Virus record (IMG/VR): IMGVR_UViG_3300045988_120811
Coordinates: 1-64,000 of that record
Length of the DNA: 64,000 nt
Strand: one strand, 5' to 3'
DNA from: a virus
The position numbers and the translations under genes were made by a program. A model generated the notes under the pieces. It was given only the letters and a program-made list of their open reading frames with translations, was not told where the DNA came from and searched no databases. How positions within the stretch are numbered: position 1 is the first letter of the stretch; each line of letters opens with the position of its first letter. Shown piece by piece: positions 59,101 through 64,000 of the stretch.

Positions 59101-59186
59101 TACATCATGACGTCCTTAACAAGATCTATGTTGTAAGGACTAACATACGGGGCATATTGCCTTAAAATACTATACTGTGAAGCCAC
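56127..59186 (-). CDS. large virion-associated protein (1019 aa; annotated start is GTG)
   Basis: uninterrupted ORF overlapping neighbours by a few nt (operon); contains IDKDGDID string. Confidence 0.85.
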   Translation of the reverse strand: MASQYSILRQYAPYVSPYNIDLVKDVMMYKQQKVDAAREKIYTQVDYLMGQEIDKPEARAYMEDKMSGVIANINQKFKGVDLSSDGVTRAIQGEISSVLDDTVINAIAGTKEGKRVMKEIESIKQNHPELYSPINEWHALDPYYKWRSDGKAGSRLGGLHYSPYVDYTKEINKLVSDFRKNNEGKKIQTTEYDVKGNPTGGIIEVNVDELTDSQIRNFVSANLSENMRNQMRIEASYMAATNPVFSNPDLVSQYIGSYVERYDRHIGALEAKKKSVGDNKDIIDRIDSQIQEAKNQKAEAKREADMIIASSDPVAAANFVVTNNLFDKMTDAWRYDNTSFERKKDDLYFARLAEDRAQQKFLTDNAKSMVEISLAKEQLAQAKIETEYMRTYGSKMGTKSSSGGTRGAGGVGVPMAPMDGPTAINSGTGKIGSVNLANIPYEQLTSPSTERRANLLKLYNSLSPTDRSNIVAASYEEEKTDPGLYANMTPEERIYSYLKNNGGQKNGYFGQGNNRLSEAYDALLLSDSKANGATKAINNITDYQIDNIVTKKNKDIISKVRNAKFMKGNSFINLTDTDDKAGAFLLATAITTGVSDAVGFREYMMDPSRGIDILSAISPSLGAKASAGKLGKNISDAITSENNGSSTGTLALINGMKKLNGDPDFNISDYMTIDKDGDIDLKDYQEGEPLTITQLRYAEKNSRVSDMIAGQMQDEIKMSVSPDQISDKLSQYHYLDSYKRYNWNADSPEKSLQKAQFRRLSGYMAGKVNNLDPTAINAINMDAEIDNGTVRRFLTAQVGSGKNSYVTERVEITNDELLKAGIDPSVEERNYPVDGYKSSFGTCDFVDTGKKEGYSYDKYLIRNGLPRLASKADVKNDLYDIVKVHGSYLKPDEMNVVKTLVDNFIDMSDNISVQLEGMDDRGSREVAVNFYDKRTKNSKNPALLFSDFVPLDPGNDEYADYWNSIHQKCPQYFFVKYVKEAVQERLDQMRDPYMRGINITPNMNDKFSKLNDFLQKIYG

Positions 59187-62026
59187 TATTTGGTCCTCCT
59201 TCTTCTTTTAATTTCATCATCTTCTTCATTTAAACTTCTCAAGTAAGGTGTGGAATAATCACCCATATTCATCACATCCTGATTACCTTGAACGTAAATA
59301 ATTTGACCACTTGGAAGCATTCTCATATTCGGAGCTATGGATGCTATGGTATTTAATGAAGTTCGAACATTAAACTTATTCTGTATCTCGCTGTTTATAC
59401 TGTCATAATAACGAGCAAGATTTTCATCCCTTATAGCCATAGCTTTCAACAACCCAGATTCATAACGTTGCCTTTCTGCTATGTTCTTATCATCTGTCTG
59501 AACATAAGCCATTTCATTGAATCTATCAGCTTCGTTTATTTGCCTTGCGTTATTGAAATTTACTTCATTAACGTACTTGGCTATATTGCTTCCAGCTATG
59601 GCGTTCATATTAGCCAGAATAGCAGCCCGCTGGGAGTCGGGCACATCACCTACTGCGTCTAACTGAGCCGATGTCGCGCGGTTGAGCTCGTTGATATACT
59701 GATCAGCAGATTGAAGAACCGGATCTATTCTCGGAGCCTGATGTCTTTCCAGACCTTCTATCTCCAAGCCTGTATCGAGCGTTCTCAGCATCTCCGGGAA
59801 GATAGGACCGAACGCCGCCGGTCTGCCCTGTCCTTTAGGTCCGTTGTCTTCAACCACCTCCTCTGTATCGGTGTCGGTTGCAGTCGTAGGCGTACTTGCT
59901 TTCGGTTTTACCTCTATCCTTCCAGGAGATCCAATCTTAGGCGGTGTAAGGCCTGGCGCTATGGGACCGGCCTCAATAGGCTTCATTTCTGGTTTAACAG
60001 ACTCAAGAACGAAGTCTATTTCCGGCATTAACCCACTATCTCTTAAAGCAACAAACTTATTATAATCGGAGCCCAGAATCTTCTTAGCGGCATCAGATTT
60101 ATCACCAAATAAGTCAACATAGTTCTTTATCCCTTTTTCGTTTAACAATCTTTTTTGCTCTGCCGAAACAACGTCCAATCCATAATAAGAACGGGTGGCT
60201 GTTGTCTGACCAAACTTATCATCTACGGCAAATGAATTATAAGCCTGATTACCTCCGTAGCTTCCGGCATCCTGGCCCCAGAATCCGTACTCATCTCTGA
60301 ATTTCTTGGCTGCATCAGCATTCGTGATAGCACCTACATCAGCTAACGCCCACAATGCATTTAATTGCCTGTTATATCCTTTCTGGAAACCTTCTGTATC
60401 AAAATCACCATCCGTATTGTACTTGTTAGCCCATCGGTTTACGTCGAGCAAATTAGATACCGCCTTATTATTTACCCTGCCGTATCCTAAATTACTTCTA
60501 TGTTGTAGATTCTGATTGGCATTTACACTGGAATCAGGATTAAGAATCTGCTCACGACCGCTAACATCAGATACAGTCATATTAAGAGTTCGTCCAAATA
60601 ACTGATTGATAAGCTTATTGTAGCCGATAGCATTCTTTCTAAGTTCCTCCAGCTCCTTCTGAGTAGGTCCACCTTCAGCCATTTTTCTGGTTTGCTTAAC
60701 ATACTCGTCATATATCCAGTTCTTGGCATCTGATTCTGCAATATTAAAAGCCTTGGCTTGTTTCTTTACCTGATTCAGATCAACAACCCCGCCATCCCTG
60801 AAGAAAGCATCCATCTTCTCGTTACGCTTAGATTCTTCTTGTTTGCCATAAACGATTTCAGCGAAAGAACGAAATTGTGCTTCAAGCTCGTCTATCTCTT
60901 TCTGGTTTTCATTGACGTACTTGGAAAGAATAGAAGCATTAAGATTAGATGTATTTTTATCTTTTACATCTTCATTTTTCTCTAATCTCTTATATACACG
61001 CTCCTGATCTTCGTACTTATCAGACAAACCGATCTTCTTCTTATATCGATCAAGGAGTGTAGCATACGTATCTTTAGACGTTGCCTTAATACCGTAGTTT
61101 TCTCTAACGTAAGAGGCGAACTCATCATCTATCTTACGATAATCGGAAACAATATAAGCTTCCGGTAAATCAACTGGCGTGCCTCCATTCTCATGCCTGT
61201 TTCCTTTAGCTTCCATAGGCCCCACTGAATCAGGCGTCAGCACATACTCGCCTTTCTCTATCTCTACGTTAGCATTATCCTCCATAGATTTAGGAAGAGG
61301 ATAAATATATTCGCCGGTCATATCAGACGTATCCATCTTCTGACCGTTACCTAAATTCACGCCACCACCTTCACGTTCCCACTTGATGAATTGCTGACGA
61401 CGCTCCTTGGCAAGTTTTTCCCTTGCAGCCTGCTCGTCCCTGCTGGCTGCATACGCAGCAGATGAAGCCCCCATGATATTACGGGTAAGACCTAATCCTA
61501 AACTAACACCAGACAAGGCGGCTTGAGCCACGTTAGCACCTACCTTATTACCGGCTCTTATCCGACCAAGACTCGTACCAAACATTTGAGCTCTGCCGGT
61601 TAGATCGGGTGAATAATATGGGGTAGTCATAGGATCCAGAGGATTACCATCTTGGGAACGTTTTTCTTTAGAGGAATCAGCATCCGCATCACCTACATTC
61701 ATTGCATTATTAACGACTGATTTCTCTACGTTTTTAACCATGCTCCTATTATCAGCGAGATATCCTGCATATCCTGCATCATTATTTTCAAAAAACGGAT
61801 CGGATGTAGGCATACTGCTAAATGGATTTATCTCACCCTCCTCTGTTTCTAAAGTCACATCAGAAGGCATATATATATTCTGAATATCAGATTCACCCCA
61901 TTTATTAACAGGCGTTCCATAATCAAGAATAGGCTGAGTAGAGGATACATTAATATCCTGTTTCTTATCCTGAACACTACCGCCAGGAGCGAATATCGGA
62001 CGATTTTTTATGATTCGTAATTTCAT
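59186..62026 (-). CDS. large virion-associated protein (about 946 aa from ATG at 62026; ORF track extends to GTG at 62041)
   Basis: uninterrupted ORF ending with TAG; MKLRIIKNRP start preceded by a TATCTTTG element. Confidence 0.85.
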   Translation of the reverse strand: MKLRIIKNRPIFAPGGSVQDKKQDINVSSTQPILDYGTPVNKWGESDIQNIYMPSDVTLETEEGEINPFSSMPTSDPFFENNDAGYAGYLADNRSMVKNVEKSVVNNAMNVGDADADSSKEKRSQDGNPLDPMTTPYYSPDLTGRAQMFGTSLGRIRAGNKVGANVAQAALSGVSLGLGLTRNIMGASSAAYAASRDEQAAREKLAKERRQQFIKWEREGGGVNLGNGQKMDTSDMTGEYIYPLPKSMEDNANVEIEKGEYVLTPDSVGPMEAKGNRHENGGTPVDLPEAYIVSDYRKIDDEFASYVRENYGIKATSKDTYATLLDRYKKKIGLSDKYEDQERVYKRLEKNEDVKDKNTSNLNASILSKYVNENQKEIDELEAQFRSFAEIVYGKQEESKRNEKMDAFFRDGGVVDLNQVKKQAKAFNIAESDAKNWIYDEYVKQTRKMAEGGPTQKELEELRKNAIGYNKLINQLFGRTLNMTVSDVSGREQILNPDSSVNANQNLQHRSNLGYGRVNNKAVSNLLDVNRWANKYNTDGDFDTEGFQKGYNRQLNALWALADVGAITNADAAKKFRDEYGFWGQDAGSYGGNQAYNSFAVDDKFGQTTATRSYYGLDVVSAEQKRLLNEKGIKNYVDLFGDKSDAAKKILGSDYNKFVALRDSGLMPEIDFVLESVKPEMKPIEAGPIAPGLTPPKIGSPGRIEVKPKASTPTTATDTDTEEVVEDNGPKGQGRPAAFGPIFPEMLRTLDTGLEIEGLERHQAPRIDPVLQSADQYINELNRATSAQLDAVGDVPDSQRAAILANMNAIAGSNIAKYVNEVNFNNARQINEADRFNEMAYVQTDDKNIAERQRYESGLLKAMAIRDENLARYYDSINSEIQNKFNVRTSLNTIASIAPNMRMLPSGQIIYVQGNQDVMNMGDYSTPYLRSLNEEDDEIKRRRRTK

Positions 62027-62040
62027 ACTATCTTTTTTCA

Positions 62041-62048
62041 CAAAGATA
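62041..62048 (-). promoter_or_regulatory. Bacteroidetes-type -7 element TAtcTTTG upstream of the 951/1019/2213-aa operon
   Basis: plus-strand caaagata, reverse complement TATCTTTG, 14 nt upstream of ATG at 62026. Confidence 0.4.
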
Positions 62049-62094
62049 AGAGAAACGAACGAGAAAATCCAACGTTATGGGATACGTTTAAAAA

Positions 62095-63114
62095 TCAGGG
62101 ACGTATGACAGACAAACCGCCCGAATCAGGGTCGTACTTAAAACCGCATGCCCGGCGATAGTTCTTAAGCGCTCTCTTGTACAAAAACAGCACCGTCTTG
62201 GAAACTATTTTCTTCATAGATTTGGTTAAAACCTCTTCTGTTGAAACAGACATCAGACAGCTATTCAAGAACGACCTGACATTAGAACCGAACAAGGTCT
62301 TCACCATTTTTCTAAACGTTCTAAAAAGATATGATGCAGAAAGAGACTTTAACCCATTGCGAGCCAGTCTCTTATTAAGATAATTAATGGCTTTTTCAGA
62401 TAGACAAAGCCTGTTCTTTCCTTGACTGTCCACCTCTGACGAGAACCACGAATACAAGGTGGTAGGATGTTTCTTGAGATGATTGATGAAGGAAGTCATT
62501 ATCCCTTCTTTCAAAGTCCTTTTGTGGGCTACACATGCAGCAATCTTCTCTTCTCTTTTTAAAGAGCTGTCAAGGCACCTAAACACCGTCCTATCGTCTC
62601 CAATAAAATACTGAGGACGTTCTTCTTTAAACTTAGCCCGATAAGCGGCATATCCTTCCTTACGGAGCATATCTATCTGAGACCGGATATAGAACCTTAC
62701 ACACTTTTCTTCGGCTTCTTGCACGCTTTTAAGATAAGGAACTGACTTTCTCCCATATCGAAGATAGTCATAAACCATAGCCTCTATAAAATCATTATAT
62801 GGAAAGAATCTTCCAAAACCAAAGTTCCAAACTATGAAACATCGCACTCTATCTTTCCAGTAATCAGATATAAGAAAGTTGCTACAATATCTCAACTTCC
62901 TGTCTTTCTGATAGAAATGATGAGTATGTTTGTCATAAAATAGATTAAAATATCTCAAATTGCCTAAACACTGACCGGCTGGACGGCGTACTACATTATA
63001 CCCTAAGTTGCTGAAGCTATTGTATATAACTTCTATCGGAGAGACCTGCTCTTTTTTAAAGAGCTTGTCGTGTAACTTGTGAGGATCTATTATTTCATTT
63101 AATTTTGTCTCCAT
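62095..63114 (-). CDS. highly basic, aromatic-rich protein (339 aa), possible nucleic-acid-binding or mobile-element-associated
   Basis: ORF with its own canonical promoter; K/R/Y/F-rich; no RT (YADD), LAGLIDADG, GIY-YIG or clear HNH motifs found. Confidence 0.7.
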   Translation of the reverse strand: METKLNEIIDPHKLHDKLFKKEQVSPIEVIYNSFSNLGYNVVRRPAGQCLGNLRYFNLFYDKHTHHFYQKDRKLRYCSNFLISDYWKDRVRCFIVWNFGFGRFFPYNDFIEAMVYDYLRYGRKSVPYLKSVQEAEEKCVRFYIRSQIDMLRKEGYAAYRAKFKEERPQYFIGDDRTVFRCLDSSLKREEKIAACVAHKRTLKEGIMTSFINHLKKHPTTLYSWFSSEVDSQGKNRLCLSEKAINYLNKRLARNGLKSLSASYLFRTFRKMVKTLFGSNVRSFLNSCLMSVSTEEVLTKSMKKIVSKTVLFLYKRALKNYRRACGFKYDPDSGGLSVIRP

Positions 63115-63132
63115 GATTGCTTTTTTTTAGTG

Positions 63133-63163
63133 CAAAGATATGGTTTTTCATCATACGCTCAAA
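63133..63163 (-). promoter_or_regulatory. canonical Bacteroides sigma-AB promoter (TTTG-N19-TAtcTTTG)
   Basis: minus strand reads ctTTTGagcgtatgatgaaaaaccaTATCTTTGcactaaaaaaaagcaatcATG; -33 TTTG and -7 TANNTTTG with 19-nt spacing, 18 nt before the ATG. Confidence 0.55.
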
Positions 63164-63436
63164 GAAGAAAATGCACGGCCTTGTATCCGGTTTGAGAGAA
63201 ATAGGATACAAGGTTTTTTGTTTTATGACGGTTTGGATAAGAGACGGGAAAACGACTCTGAACGTAACCGTCTGACCTTCAGGAGCGGGACAACAAATCT
63301 TGAATTAAAACTACGCCTATAAATAGTCTTCGTTTTCCTTAATATTAAGACCATTTTCAATGATCTTACTCATTATATTATTTATATTATTTTATATACT
63401 TTACCATTTATTCATATAATTGTTTACAGTGAATGA

Positions 63437-63611
63437 ACTTAACGACCGAAGGGAGTTAAGTGAGTGAACGGATTGACAAATTACTTTTTCCGTCATTGTA
63501 TTGTTTGCCTAATTGTGTTAAAAGATTGAGTATCGTGACCGAAGGGAACGATGCGAAAGAACATATAACATTTAAAAAAACGACTGAACCTATCGACTGA
63601 AAGGAGATAGG
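63437..63611. repeat. three hairpins with a conserved 11-nt loop and covarying stems
   Basis: 63437-63461 acttaac[GACCGAAGGGA]gttaagt; 63532-63552 atcgt[GACCGAAGGGA]acgat; 63589-63611 cctatc[GACTGAAAGGA]gatagg. Confidence 0.6.
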
Positions 63612-63763
63612 TGATGGAGTGACGTTAATAGTTATATTAGGTAGCCAGTGGAGAATTAGGCAGGCTGGTAGGCGAGACGGGCGTCCATGCCCGTCAGGAC
63701 AGTAGAGGTACGTAGGTCTGTTCTGTTAAACCAAGGCGATGATAGTTCCATCCTTCACGAAAT

Positions 63764-63838
63764 CGCACAAAAAAGCCGGATTATCTTGATATCGTTCTTC
63801 AACCTTCGGTATCCGCATAACGAGTCTCAAATCCGGCT
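63764..63838 (-). terminator. intrinsic terminator with a long structured loop, downstream of the gene ending at 63866
   Basis: 9-bp inverted repeat agccggatt...aatccggct (47-nt loop) followed on the minus strand by TTTTT. Confidence 0.45.
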
Positions 63839-63865
63839 TCGCTTCATGAGAAATAAAATAATTGT

Positions 63866-64000
63866 TCTAATTGTCAGTGACGCCTTTAATGCGAAGTTGT
63901 ATATTGGGAAGCACGGCATTAATCAAAGCCATTTTCTTATCCTCTTCGCTTTCTTTTTCATGCTGTTTATACATCATGCTGTAATCACTGTCATCACCAT
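63866..64000 (-). CDS. 3-prime end of a minus-strand gene continuing beyond the window
   Basis: frame open to the window edge, ...ALINAVLPNIQLRIKGVTDN then TAG at 63866-63868. Confidence 0.4.

Noticed and set aside
62042-63868. Group II intron with intron-encoded protein
   Set aside because: A GUGCG pentamer and the domain-IV-like ORF placement are suggestive, but the 339-aa ORF lacks reverse-transcriptase motifs (no YADD). Only 53 nt follow the ORF for domains V and VI, and the downstream virion gene has its own promoter and start. Kept only as a low-probability alternative within the finding.
1-64000. Genome-wide stop-codon reassignment (TAG or TGA recoding) as in some crAss-like lineages
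   Set aside because: The giant ORFs (2148, 2213, 1019, 951 aa) are intact under the standard code and the 951-aa gene terminates with TAG; only isolated in-frame stops were seen (49296, 44061, 43785).
1-64000. CRISPR arrays, tRNA genes, integrase/attachment sites, diversity-generating retroelement
   Set aside because: No regularly spaced direct repeats and no convincing T-loop/cloverleaf candidates in non-coding stretches by eye. No tyrosine or serine recombinase motifs and no reverse transcriptase; the hairpin repeats at 63.4-63.6 kb are irregularly spaced and differ in their stems.

Overview
This 64-kb window is AT-rich and reads as a contiguous segment of a large tailed dsDNA phage, most likely infecting a Bacteroidetes host. 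Its organisation resembles Crassvirales-like phages. Host inference rests on canonical Bacteroides sigma-AB promoter elements (TTTG-N19-TAtcTTTG), a DUF1566-type domain and the overall layout. No rRNA, tRNA, CRISPR array, integrase or bacterial housekeeping genes are visible. Plus-strand arm (1-34,190): about 65 tightly packed genes, many joined by ATGA start/stop overlaps. Most are small hypotheticals. Recognisable products are a zinc-ribbon/TOPRIM-like primase, a DnaB-like RecA-fold helicase (GARPSVGKS Walker A), an SF2 DExH helicase, two PD-(D/E)xK (Cas4/RecB-like) nucleases, a dATP/dGTP pyrophosphohydrolase-like protein, an orphan cytosine-5 DNA methyltransferase, and an ACP-like / NfeD-like / flotillin (SPFH, FloT-like) trio. 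A perfect 12-bp hairpin at 34,235-34,273 marks the convergent junction. Minus-strand arm (34,277-64,000): giant virion-type proteins (2148, 751, 2213, 1019 and 951 aa) with no recognisable catalytic motifs. Three small paralogous genes begin with MRRRF. Two are tandem and carry G9-10 homopolymer tracts; the third is split by an in-frame TAG. A 3.4-kb island of small accessory genes includes a DUF2829 (Tad2-like) domain protein and Cys-rich zinc-ribbon proteins. A basic 339-aa ORF with its own textbook promoter sits downstream of a 750-nt ORF-free structured region. That region holds a long-range terminator and three covarying hairpins sharing an 11-nt loop. Hunt items flagged: the phage-borne flotillin/NfeD/ACP module, the MRRRF/poly-G cassette system, the Tad2-like island with same-frame ORF chains, the hairpin-repeat RNA region as a possible intron or ncRNA, and scattered GC-rich codon-usage islands. 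All functional calls rest on motif recognition by eye; no database searches were run.
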